A stretch of 32,000 bases of DNA from Candidatus Kuenenia stuttgartensis. GTDB lineage: Bacteria; Planctomycetota; Brocadiia; Brocadiales; Brocadiaceae. Shown here piece after piece: positions 1 through 7,916 of the stretch (position 1 is its first letter; each line of letters opens with the position of its first letter). The notes below the pieces were generated by a model. That model ran no database searches. It was not told the DNA's origin and worked only from the letters and a program-made list of their open reading frames with translations. The position numbers were made by a program, and so were the translations under genes. Location of the stretch: NCBI RefSeq assembly GCF_900232105.1, contig NZ_LT934425.1, positions 4,020,001 to 4,052,000 on the forward strand, in the 5' to 3' direction.

Positions 1-845
1 CTGTCCAGTTCATCAGCGGAGTATTGTGAAGGATTAAAATCTTTACGGGTAGCCACTGCCGGTTCCTTTACAAAACCGTCCTGAATAGCCTTCGCTAATG
101 AATATTCAAACACGACATTTTTAAACTTAATAGGCCCTCCGCTTCGTTCTATTTGGGGTGTCGCTGTAAGTTCCAATCCTAAAATAGGGTTTAATTCATT
201 AATAACCTGCATGCCTCTGGCTGCCCGGTAGTGATGTGATTCGTCCATCAGCAAAACCAGGCCATCGAGGTTTGAAAGGTAATTGAAATAAGAATCGCCT
301 AAATATTCTGAAAGCCTTTTTACGCGTGGAAGCTTGCCGCCCTTCGTTTCGGCATTTATCTTGGAGATGTTAAAAATGTTGATATGAATATCAGTTATGA
401 ACATTTTTGTCTGGCGAATTTCATTATAATTATCGCCGGTAATAATACGGGGTTGGTTATGAACAAACTCCCCAATGCCCTGAAATACGTATTTTGGGCA
501 ATTCGGATTGGAAAAGTCCTCAATGAGCTTATTATAAATGGTAATATTCGGCGCTAGTACGAAATAGTGCTTTATGCCCTTTGAAAGATATAAATAAGCG
601 ACAAATGCCCCCATTAAGCGCGTCTTTCCAACACCAGTGGCTAAAGCGAAACAGAGAGAAGGGAAGTTTCTTTCAAAGTCAGCACAAGCAGGATAGGCGC
701 TTTTGACTATCTCCAGTGCCGCGAATAAATCGCCATTTTTCTGAAGGGTCAATTTATCCGTCAGCTCTGCCAGTATATTCAGGCTGTCTGCCTGCGGCAA
801 GCGAAGGCTTAAGCGATTCTTGATGGTATTTGCTATGCGATTCAT
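1..845 (-). CDS. res: Type III restriction enzyme Res subunit (DExH helicase-type). Only the N-terminal ~281 codons are present; the gene runs off the window start.
   Basis: Absent from the ORF track because there is no stop in the window. My translation from the ATG at 845-843 gives MNRIANTIKNRLSLRLPQADSLNILAEL...CFALATGVGKTRLMGAFVAY (helicase motif I / Walker A)...LVLLMDESHHY (motif II DExH). An AAGGA Shine-Dalgarno overlaps the upstream toxin stop. The gene lies downstream of a beta-class Mod gene. Confidence 0.75.
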   Translation of the reverse strand, partial: MNRIANTIKNRLSLRLPQADSLNILAELTDKLTLQKNGDLFAALEIVKSAYPACADFERNFPSLCFALATGVGKTRLMGAFVAYLYLSKGIKHYFVLAPNITIYNKLIEDFSNPNCPKYVFQGIGEFVHNQPRIITGDNYNEIRQTKMFITDIHINIFNISKINAETKGGKLPRVKRLSEYLGDSYFNYLSNLDGLVLLMDESHHYRAARGMQVINELNPILGLELTATPQIERSGGPIKFKNVVFEYSLAKAIQDGFVKEPAVATRKDFNPSQYSADELD

Positions 846-854
846 TTTTTGTCC

Positions 855-1169
855 TTAGGCAATGCTATTATCAAAAATATCTTCTTTCAGTAAACGGCTT
901 CCATGCAGTACCGTAACGATCATTACTTTATCTTTTGCTTCATCATACCGGTAAATTATCCGATAATTGCCCATAATCAATTCCCGATACGGCGTATTTG
1001 GAAATTCCGGTAAAAAACGTCCCGCATTGGGGAATAATTGCAATCTTTCTGTGGATTTAAAGATATTTTGGATAGTATATTGTGCGTATAAAAGGGAATC
1101 TCTTGCTATATAGTCATAAATACCTTCTGAATCTGATATGGCTCTTTCAGACCAGATTACTGTTGCCAT
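855..1169 (-). CDS. Type II toxin-antitoxin system toxin, RelE/ParE family
   Basis: 104 aa. The start MATVIWSERAISD..IYDYIA and the end ..YRIIYRYDEAKDKVMIVTVLHGSR are typical of ParE/RelE plasmid-stabilisation toxins. It overlaps the upstream small ORF by 13 nt. Confidence 0.8.
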   Translation of the reverse strand: MATVIWSERAISDSEGIYDYIARDSLLYAQYTIQNIFKSTERLQLFPNAGRFLPEFPNTPYRELIMGNYRIIYRYDEAKDKVMIVTVLHGSRLLKEDIFDNSIA

Positions 1170-1345
1170 TTCTTCGATAACCTTTCTATCGCTTCTTCAT
1201 GGGAAAATGTTCGCCCTTCGGCTATATCTTTTTCACCCATCTCAATTTTTTGAAGCATGTATATACGATACATAACGTCTTCCACCTCTACCTTTTCGGG
1301 TAACTCTTTTATCAGTTCTTCCAATTTTGATTTAATAATCTGCAT
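1157..1345 (-). CDS. Putative antitoxin partner of the RelE/ParE toxin
   Basis: 62-aa ORF immediately upstream of the toxin and overlapping it. The C-terminal pattern ..KIEMGEKDIAEGRTFSHEEAIERLSKKW resembles small antitoxin/addiction-module components. The assignment rests mainly on position and size. Confidence 0.6.
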   Translation of the reverse strand: MQIIKSKLEELIKELPEKVEVEDVMYRIYMLQKIEMGEKDIAEGRTFSHEEAIERLSKKWQQ

Positions 1346-1435
1346 TCTGTAACTCCCCTATTTTTATTTAAAAAAGTAACTATTGACCACTTGCACATCA
1401 CGTCGCTATAGGCTAATCTTGCGATAGTCTGCTCT

Positions 1436-1451
1436 TATCACCGTAGTGATA
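1436..1451. promoter_or_regulatory. Candidate operator: a 16-bp palindrome upstream of the antitoxin-toxin-res unit
   Basis: tatcaccgtagtgata has perfect TATCAC/GTGATA half-sites with a 4-nt centre. It lies about 90 nt upstream of the antitoxin ATG (1345), in the 199-nt gap after mod. Confidence 0.3.
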
Positions 1452-1544
1452 GGAACACCTTTGGCTCATAATGTAACCCCTTCAATATGAGATATGATAA
1501 AATTGTCCGGCAGGAATAATTTCAGAGCAACTACCAATGCCGGA

Positions 1545-3326
1545 TTATTTCTCACGTGCTTTTTCCTCTGCAAAGAGAGACCGTTGAACTATTTTTTTCT
1601 TTGTGCGTCCCTTACTTCTTTTCTTTTGAGGCGAAATAGCGGTAGGATTTGTTTCCTGAGATTCAATTTTCTCCTCATCCGCTTCAACTGGTAAATTGAC
1701 AATATTTAAACTATAATCCTCTTTCCCAAACTCGCACCTGCCAAGCAACATCTTGGGAATCTTTTTTATGGTGATATTAGCGTAACGATTTTCGCAAGCT
1801 TCCTGAAAAGATTTACAACAAATCAGAAGGCTTTCGTCCGGTTTCATTTCTTCGTGAATCTTATCCAGAGACTGTACCGTAACAAACTGTGTGGTGATAA
1901 AAATATAATCCTTTTCAGTGGAACGGCCTTGCTTCCAGTAAATATGCTCATCCGGGCAGTGTCTAAAACCTTCATGCTTTGCCATAGCTGCGGCGAGCAT
2001 ATCGGCATTGTAACGTTCGTCAATAATCCAGTTGCCATGTTTATCTTTTTTCAGCAAACTTGGGGCTAAGTAGTAATATTTGAAACCACCGCCGCCCTGC
2101 CAGTTCACAGCTTTTGATATGCCACCTTGATCCGTGCCGTCAACTACCTTTTTCAATCGCGGAAGGCAGTGGGTATGGCAATGCTCGCCAAGTTCAATGC
2201 CTATCCACCTGCGCCACATCTTATGGGCAACAGCAGCGGTTGTGCCTGAGCCGAGGAAGGAGTCCAGAACCCAGTCACCGGGGTTAGTGGCGATGTGAAT
2301 GATTCTTTTTAGGAGTCTTTCAGGTTTTGGTGTTTCAAAAGTGTCCTCAATACCAAAAAGGGCATTACATTCCTTTTTCGCTTCTTGGTTATGACCAACT
2401 TCCGAATTCGGCCACCATGTCCAAGCAGCAATACCTTCACTTTCAGAAAGGTATGTCTTTTTTCTTGGAACAGAATCACCATCTTTTCCGAACCAAATTC
2501 TACCTTCAGACAATAGCGTTTGGTAAACAGACTCAATATTACGCCAACAAGACCCGGGTCTTGGTTTATATTTTTTCCCATAAGGAGTAACAATTTCATA
2601 CATCTGATTAGGTCTAAACCCTTTTGCCATAAAATCGGCTGATATCCATGGCCCCTTGGGGTCGTTATCCGGATTTTTGTACCTGCTGAGTTGGTCTTCA
2701 GTTTGTTCAAGAATATTCAATTTTTGTTTAAATAAAGATATGTTTTTTGAAAAAACGAGTATATGGTCATGCCCTGCGCCAATTGTTGCCCTCATATCTG
2801 GTTGAATTCTCTTTTGCCACACAACATTAGCAACAAAATTGCTCCTGCCAAATATCTCATCACAGAGCACCTTCAAATAATGGCATTCATTATCGTCAAT
2901 TGTTATCCATAGAGTCCCGTCAGGGCGTAACAGCCTATGCAATATCTCAATTCTCGGCTTCATCAGGCTCAGCCATATTGAATGCTCAAGACCGTCATCG
3001 TAATGCTCAAAAGCGCTACCAGTGTTATAGGGCGGGTCAATACAAGCGCACTTTATCTCTTCTGCAAAATCCTGTTCAAGGGCTTTCAGCGCAAGGAGAT
3101 TATCGCCGTGGATGAGCATATTACCCACCCCTGAATCCCCTCCCATGAGGGGACTTTTATACTTCCCTCTCGAGATGAGGTTGGGGGTATTTTTATTCCC
3201 CTCTTGAGAGAAGCGAGGGGTGTGTCCATAAGACTTCTCAGGGTCTTCAATTAATATGCGCGGCTCCAGCTTTGGCTGGTTTTCCTTGCCTATCCAGGTG
3301 AGTTCGAGTTTTTGGTTTTTGGTCAT
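1545..3326 (-). CDS. mod: Beta-class N6-adenine/N4-cytosine DNA methyltransferase, type III Mod-like
   Basis: 593 aa. Motif IV IDPPYNTG lies N-terminal and motif I DSFLGSGTTAAVAHKM lies C-terminal, the beta-class order with a central variable region. The N-terminal KLELTWIGKENQ and NMLIHGDNLLALKAL are typical of Mod/N4-N6 MTases. A Res-like helicase follows downstream. Confidence 0.85.
   Translation of the reverse strand: MTKNQKLELTWIGKENQPKLEPRILIEDPEKSYGHTPRFSQEGNKNTPNLISRGKYKSPLMGGDSGVGNMLIHGDNLLALKALEQDFAEEIKCACIDPPYNTGSAFEHYDDGLEHSIWLSLMKPRIEILHRLLRPDGTLWITIDDNECHYLKVLCDEIFGRSNFVANVVWQKRIQPDMRATIGAGHDHILVFSKNISLFKQKLNILEQTEDQLSRYKNPDNDPKGPWISADFMAKGFRPNQMYEIVTPYGKKYKPRPGSCWRNIESVYQTLLSEGRIWFGKDGDSVPRKKTYLSESEGIAAWTWWPNSEVGHNQEAKKECNALFGIEDTFETPKPERLLKRIIHIATNPGDWVLDSFLGSGTTAAVAHKMWRRWIGIELGEHCHTHCLPRLKKVVDGTDQGGISKAVNWQGGGGFKYYYLAPSLLKKDKHGNWIIDERYNADMLAAAMAKHEGFRHCPDEHIYWKQGRSTEKDYIFITTQFVTVQSLDKIHEEMKPDESLLICCKSFQEACENRYANITIKKIPKMLLGRCEFGKEDYSLNIVNLPVEADEEKIESQETNPTAISPQKKRSKGRTKKKIVQRSLFAEEKAREK
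3123..3158 (-). repeat. 36-nt G/C-tract hairpin element, copy 1, in frame inside mod (encodes KSPLMGGDSGVG)
   Basis: acccacccctgaatcccctcccatgaggggactttt matches 5430-5465 at 35 of 36 positions. It contains a cccctc/gagggg stem. Two more similar hairpin-like units follow in 3159-3236. Confidence 0.85.
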
Positions 3327-3436
3327 ACCGAATGCCTTTGCAGTTTCACGCTAAATACTTACTCATTGACAAGCGTGATCTCGGACCCTGTAATTGAGTC
3401 TCTGAATAAATGTACCTGTTCCGTTTATTTCTTTCA

Positions 3437-4768
3437 TTAATCCCAGAGTGAAGACTCTTTAGTATAGTTAGTTAATGAAGAGATGGATTCTTGATGCCCT
3501 TTATTATATTGCGCATTGTATGTATCTATTAAAACTTTGAGACTTAGCATCTCATAGATAACTCTTGCTACATCTGCAAAAGGCACCTCGACATTAAAAT
3601 TACCTTTCTTGATTTTTGCAAAAGGAGTTTCAGTACTTAACTGTTCCGCTTTCGCTCTTAAACAAGTATCCACAATCACCCATCCGTCTTTTTCAAATAT
3701 TTTTAATATTTCAGTAAGATTTATTGTGTAAGTTAAATAAATTCTTCCAATCATTAATGCAGTGATATCTTCTATTGAAAGTGGAAACACTGAGAAAGGG
3801 GCCAAGTTTGCAGAAAAACCACGGCGGTCTAAAGAATTGAAAGAGAAAACAACGTCATTATTTTGTTCCCAACGGTTTTTAACACTTTCATGTCTTGAGT
3901 CAAAATATTCTATGACCTTGTCCATGTCATCTAATTTCTCGAAATCAACGCACTCTAAAATCATATAGTTGCCAATCAATTCGCTAGAACAACACGTTTT
4001 TCTCGCTTTTGCAATAATGTTCTTGGCTATTGCTAAATAATTTTTCAGAGGAACATCACAAGGCAGAATTGTTAGCTTTGTGCCCTCATATTTCGTTATT
4101 CCAGTGTTAAAAAACTCTACTACCTCTTGCAACCTTTCCTTTTGTCTTGTTATCCTTCGTCCCCTTTTCTTTGACGACTTTACTTCTATAAGTTCAATGT
4201 CACCATTATCGTCTATTGTAGTTATATCCCCAGTTCTTAAAAAGTTGCTAATATCATTTATTATCGCCCTCTTTTTTTCATGAAGAATTTCTTTTGAAAA
4301 AACAGATAACTCTGTAATTAATCCCTCGTCAAGGCGAACAGGACCGCTATCCTCTTTGTTTGATAAAGCAGATAAAATCACCCTATTATAGTTTAAACAC
4401 CTCCATGCTATTCCATCAATTATAGTCTTTAATGACTGATTGACTAGAAGGACAGCGCCTATCTGGTTCTGATATGTCCTTATTTGCTTCTCCCTATCTT
4501 CTTTATGTAAACTTGAATCAGCCGCAAGTTTCTCTAACATAATCTTCATGGCATCAATAGCCTTGGTATGTTGCAATAAGTCGCCTAATATGGATAATTG
4601 AAGCTTATAAATAGAGAATTTACTTTTACTCCTTTTTCGGCTTATGAACAAGTAATCCTCAATTATTTCCTTGTAATCTTCTTGTAATGGCATCCATATG
4701 GCATTAATCAGACGGGAATAATCTCGTTTTTTACTACCAGCGGTAACTATTTTTTGTTTAAATTCCAT
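3437..4768 (-). CDS. Hypothetical 443-aa protein with a PD-(D/E)xK-like nuclease motif; orphan, AT-rich
   Basis: Long uninterrupted ORF. The segment TGDITTIDDNGDIELIEVKSSKKRGRR fits the D...(D/E)xK restriction-endonuclease-fold pattern. I recognise no other family. Spot counts of 60-nt lines give about 30% GC here (lines 3481, 4201) against about 47% in mod (line 2101). Confidence 0.6.
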   Translation of the reverse strand: MEFKQKIVTAGSKKRDYSRLINAIWMPLQEDYKEIIEDYLFISRKRSKSKFSIYKLQLSILGDLLQHTKAIDAMKIMLEKLAADSSLHKEDREKQIRTYQNQIGAVLLVNQSLKTIIDGIAWRCLNYNRVILSALSNKEDSGPVRLDEGLITELSVFSKEILHEKKRAIINDISNFLRTGDITTIDDNGDIELIEVKSSKKRGRRITRQKERLQEVVEFFNTGITKYEGTKLTILPCDVPLKNYLAIAKNIIAKARKTCCSSELIGNYMILECVDFEKLDDMDKVIEYFDSRHESVKNRWEQNNDVVFSFNSLDRRGFSANLAPFSVFPLSIEDITALMIGRIYLTYTINLTEILKIFEKDGWVIVDTCLRAKAEQLSTETPFAKIKKGNFNVEVPFADVARVIYEMLSLKVLIDTYNAQYNKGHQESISSLTNYTKESSLWD

Positions 4769-4956
4769 AATACTTATCAGTTTGTTGATTTATTCTGTAA
4801 ATAGGCTCTGTCTTGCAAATATACATTCATCGCCGCAGCAAGCGATTCTGTCAGTTTGATCTCAGTCTGGCATTTCGGACAAGTAATCATTGGCTCTGTT
4901 ATATATATCTCATAGAGAGTGTCGACAAACCGGCTTCCCGACGAGCAACGCAATCC

Positions 4957-5003
4957 GTAGCTGGTTCTCCTTACCTATCCATGTGAGTTCTAATCATTTG
5001 TTG
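4957..5003 (-). pseudogene. Remnant of a second mod 5' end (LELTWIGKENQ) directly after the SNF2 stop
   Basis: 4961-4993 ctggttctccttacctatccatgtgagttctaa aligns with 3276-3308 ctggttttccttgcctatccaggtgagttcgag at about 85% identity. The minus-strand translation QNNK*LELTWIGKENQLRI compares with the Mod start TKNQKLELTWIGKENQPKL. Similarity ends after about 16 codons. Confidence 0.6.
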
Positions 5004-5021
5004 TTCTGTATTATTGGTATT

Positions 5022-7916
5022 TTAAATAAGTTTCCATCTAACGGTAAACAATTCTGCTTTTTCAATCTTTTGTTTTAAGCGTGCCTCTATCTCATCTATC
5101 AATCTTTCCTTCCTGTTATCTACGTCATCCTGTGTCTGATACAAATTTAAACGCATGGTGTTTCGTTTCTTTTCCATTTCCTTTATCTGCCTGTGTGCCG
5201 TTACCTTCTCTTCAAGATTGAGGATTTTTTTGGCTTCTGTCTTTCGGCATTTTATCTCTTTATCCAATTCTTTCAATTCAATTTCCATGCTGCTTTTCAC
5301 ATCTTCTGCCCATCTGTCTAATTTTTCCATCTCTGTATCGAAGAAACCTGCATTACGTACAGCATTCATTTGCAGGATTTCGGCTTGCTGTTTTTGGGCT
5401 ATTTGATTTATGAGATTTTTAACATGAGAACCCACCCCTGAATCCCCTCCCAAGAGGGGACTTTTTGATGCGGGAAGGGAAAATAGCCTTTTGCATTGCT
5501 CAATATCCAATTCTGTACCTTCATCTGTCACGCTACATAACAAAATTTGATCTTCAGTTTCAAACGAATTAATTGTTAAGTTAATTACAGATAACCAGCC
5601 CGACTTTGCTATAAGGGACTCTAAAATATTTATTTTCTTGATAGAGTCTGAGTAATTAAATGCTAACTCCTGAACTACTAATGATAAAGACTTTGTTTTT
5701 TCGATAATACGCTGAGCCAAAGGATGCCCAACTCTATAAATGTTTACGTCGTCAATATTCTTTCCCAGTTTGTAGGGGCCAGGATGTATCTTTTCGTCAA
5801 CAAAAGGGTTTTCACGTAAAATAAAAGAATGCTCGTCTATAGCGAAATCAGCGTAAGGTTCAAGGTAGTGTTTAGTAATTTCCCATAACCAATATTCATA
5901 CTTGGACAAATATTCTTTACTCTCCTGTAAATTAACGCGTAATTTTTCATGTACCTCCTCATCGAAATTTTCTAACAAATTATTTCTGGCGTCTTTCATA
6001 CGGTCTTCAATCTGTTCTTCCAGTTCCTTTTGTAACTGGTCAAATAAGGACTGTATTTCTCCCGAAGTTCTGCAATGCTGGTAAATCTGTGCAATCCGTT
6101 TTTCAAAATTAACACCTGATTCAATACTACCCAATACTTCATCGCTTGCCCCGAAAATGCCGTCAAAAAGCTTGAATTTTTCTTTCAATAACTGATAAAC
6201 CCTCTGGTCTGCGGCATTACTCTTATTTAGGAAATTTACGACAACCACATCAAACTTTTGCCCATACCGGTGGCATCGCCCGATTCTTTGTTCGATACGT
6301 TGAGGATTCCAGGGTAAGTCATAATTTACTACCAGAGAGCAAAATTGCAGGTTAATACCTTCTGCGGCGGCTTCTGTGGCTATCAGGATGACTGCCTCAT
6401 CTCTGAAATAATCTACTATTGCAGCCCGCTTATCGGCACTTTTTGAGCCTGTGATTCTGTCTGTGCCAAGATGCCTCTCGATCCATTTTTTATAGATTTC
6501 TTTGGATTTCTGATCGTTGTTCGAGCCGTTAAATAAAACTATCCTGTCCTTGTGCTCAGTATTTTCTAAGATGCTATTCAGATATTCTTGTGTTCTTGTA
6601 GATTCGGTAAATATGATGGCTTTTTTATTACCACCCAGACGTTCTATTTCAGCAAAACCTTTTTTCAGGGCGGTCAGGAGAACCTCTCCCTTTGAATTTC
6701 GGGTAATAGACCTGGCAAGATATTGAAATCCCTTCAGGTCGTTGATTTCCTTTTTGATGTTTTTGATTTCCTCTGGAGTGTAAAGTTCTTCCTTTGTTTC
6801 AGTAACGGGTTGATTTTCTTCTTCAGCATCCTCCCATTCATCCTTAATTTCATCATAAGATTCAAAATCCTGAGACACTATCTGCTCAATGTCTTCCTGT
6901 CGCCCCTTGGTAGTTACGATATTTTCAAGTTTTATTGCAAGGGCGTCTAATGTCCCTGAAATAGCAAAGGTTGACGATGCCAATAATTTCCTCAAAATTA
7001 ACGTCATGAGTTGTCTTTGACCTGGCGGAAGTGCAAATAAATTTTCCCTTTGTAAATAGGCTGAAACCAGGTCATAAAGCCTTTGTTCATCAGGAGACGG
7101 GACAAACTCTTGCGTTATTGCCATTCTATTGGTGTATTTTACATATTCTAATACCTGCCTGCGGAGCGTCCTTATACAAATGGGTTTTAGTCTTTCTTTA
7201 AGATTATGGAAATCATTTTCATTCGCTAATCTGGCAAACTGATTTTTATAACTCTTTAAATCACCAAAGGTATAATCATCAATGATACTGACTAAACCAT
7301 AGAGTTCTAACAAAGAATTTTGGAGCGGCGTTGCGGTAAGCAGCATTTTTGGAGCGTGGGCTACGGCATTTTTGACGGCAGTGGCAATTTTATTTGACGG
7401 CTTATAAACGTTTCTTAATCTATGTGCTTCATCGATGACCACTAAGTCCCAAGGGATATTTTTGATATAAACATCTTTAGCCCTTGCAAAATGGTATGAG
7501 CAAATGATTATTTCGTTCTGGTTGAAGGGGTTTAAGTTTCCTTTTTTAATTTCCTGATTAAAAGAAGGCGTTTCCAGTATAAGTGATGAAAGGTAGAATT
7601 TATCCAGTAATTCCTGATTCCATTGCTTACGAAGGTTTGATGGCACTATAACCAGAATTTTCCGTTTTCTTTCAGCCCATTTTTGAGATATAACCAGACC
7701 GGCCTCGATGGTTTTCCCCAGACCTACCTCGTCCGCCAGTATAGCACCCTTTGAAAGCGGGGAATGGAAGGCAAATAAAGCAGCCTCGACCTGATGCGGA
7801 TTTAAGTCTACCTGGGCGTCTAAAAGAGAAGAAGCCAGCTTTTGCAAACTATCTGAAGAACTGCGTTTTGTAAGCTCAAAAGCAAAATATTTTGCGTGGT
7901 AAGGCGTTATTTGCAT
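5022..7916 (-). CDS. SNF2-family (RAD54-like) helicase/ATPase, 964 aa, with a C-terminal coiled-coil
   Basis: Motifs found: DLNPHQVEAALFA, motif I ILADEVGLGKT, motif II VVIDEAHRLRN, helicase-C AAEGINLQ...NYDLPWNPQRIEQRIGRCHRYGQK. The tail is K/E-rich and coiled-coil-like. Confidence 0.9.
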   Translation of the reverse strand: MQITPYHAKYFAFELTKRSSSDSLQKLASSLLDAQVDLNPHQVEAALFAFHSPLSKGAILADEVGLGKTIEAGLVISQKWAERKRKILVIVPSNLRKQWNQELLDKFYLSSLILETPSFNQEIKKGNLNPFNQNEIIICSYHFARAKDVYIKNIPWDLVVIDEAHRLRNVYKPSNKIATAVKNAVAHAPKMLLTATPLQNSLLELYGLVSIIDDYTFGDLKSYKNQFARLANENDFHNLKERLKPICIRTLRRQVLEYVKYTNRMAITQEFVPSPDEQRLYDLVSAYLQRENLFALPPGQRQLMTLILRKLLASSTFAISGTLDALAIKLENIVTTKGRQEDIEQIVSQDFESYDEIKDEWEDAEEENQPVTETKEELYTPEEIKNIKKEINDLKGFQYLARSITRNSKGEVLLTALKKGFAEIERLGGNKKAIIFTESTRTQEYLNSILENTEHKDRIVLFNGSNNDQKSKEIYKKWIERHLGTDRITGSKSADKRAAIVDYFRDEAVILIATEAAAEGINLQFCSLVVNYDLPWNPQRIEQRIGRCHRYGQKFDVVVVNFLNKSNAADQRVYQLLKEKFKLFDGIFGASDEVLGSIESGVNFEKRIAQIYQHCRTSGEIQSLFDQLQKELEEQIEDRMKDARNNLLENFDEEVHEKLRVNLQESKEYLSKYEYWLWEITKHYLEPYADFAIDEHSFILRENPFVDEKIHPGPYKLGKNIDDVNIYRVGHPLAQRIIEKTKSLSLVVQELAFNYSDSIKKINILESLIAKSGWLSVINLTINSFETEDQILLCSVTDEGTELDIEQCKRLFSLPASKSPLLGGDSGVGSHVKNLINQIAQKQQAEILQMNAVRNAGFFDTEMEKLDRWAEDVKSSMEIELKELDKEIKCRKTEAKKILNLEEKVTAHRQIKEMEKKRNTMRLNLYQTQDDVDNRKERLIDEIEARLKQKIEKAELFTVRWKLI
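5430..5465 (-). repeat. 36-nt G/C-tract hairpin element, copy 2, in frame inside the SNF2 gene (encodes KSPLLGGDSGVG)
   Basis: acccacccctgaatcccctcccaagaggggactttt has the same orientation and reading frame as copy 1. Confidence 0.85.

Noticed and set aside
1494-3115. Several 60-130-aa ORFs in the track (1494-1694, 1844-2038, 1854-2069, 2309-2710, 2327-2590, 2900-3115) overlapping mod
   Set aside because: They lie entirely inside, antisense to or out of frame with a well-supported 593-aa methyltransferase ORF. They have low-complexity or odd composition and no recognisable motifs.
5155-6950. Plus-strand ORFs antisense to the SNF2 gene (5155-5406, 5902-6084, 6517-6726, 6723-6950)
   Set aside because: These are mirror-strand ORFs of a K/E-rich gene, giving F/L/S-rich translations. 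No independent support.
1-7916. Calling the locus class 1 DISARM (drmD-drmMI-drmA...)
   Set aside because: The gene order is suggestive. However, the methylase is beta-class (DPPY before FxGxG) rather than the Eco57I-like type I associate with drmMI. The downstream helicase N-terminus looks like type III Res. DUF1998 and PLD genes cannot be seen because the window ends. This cannot be decided here.
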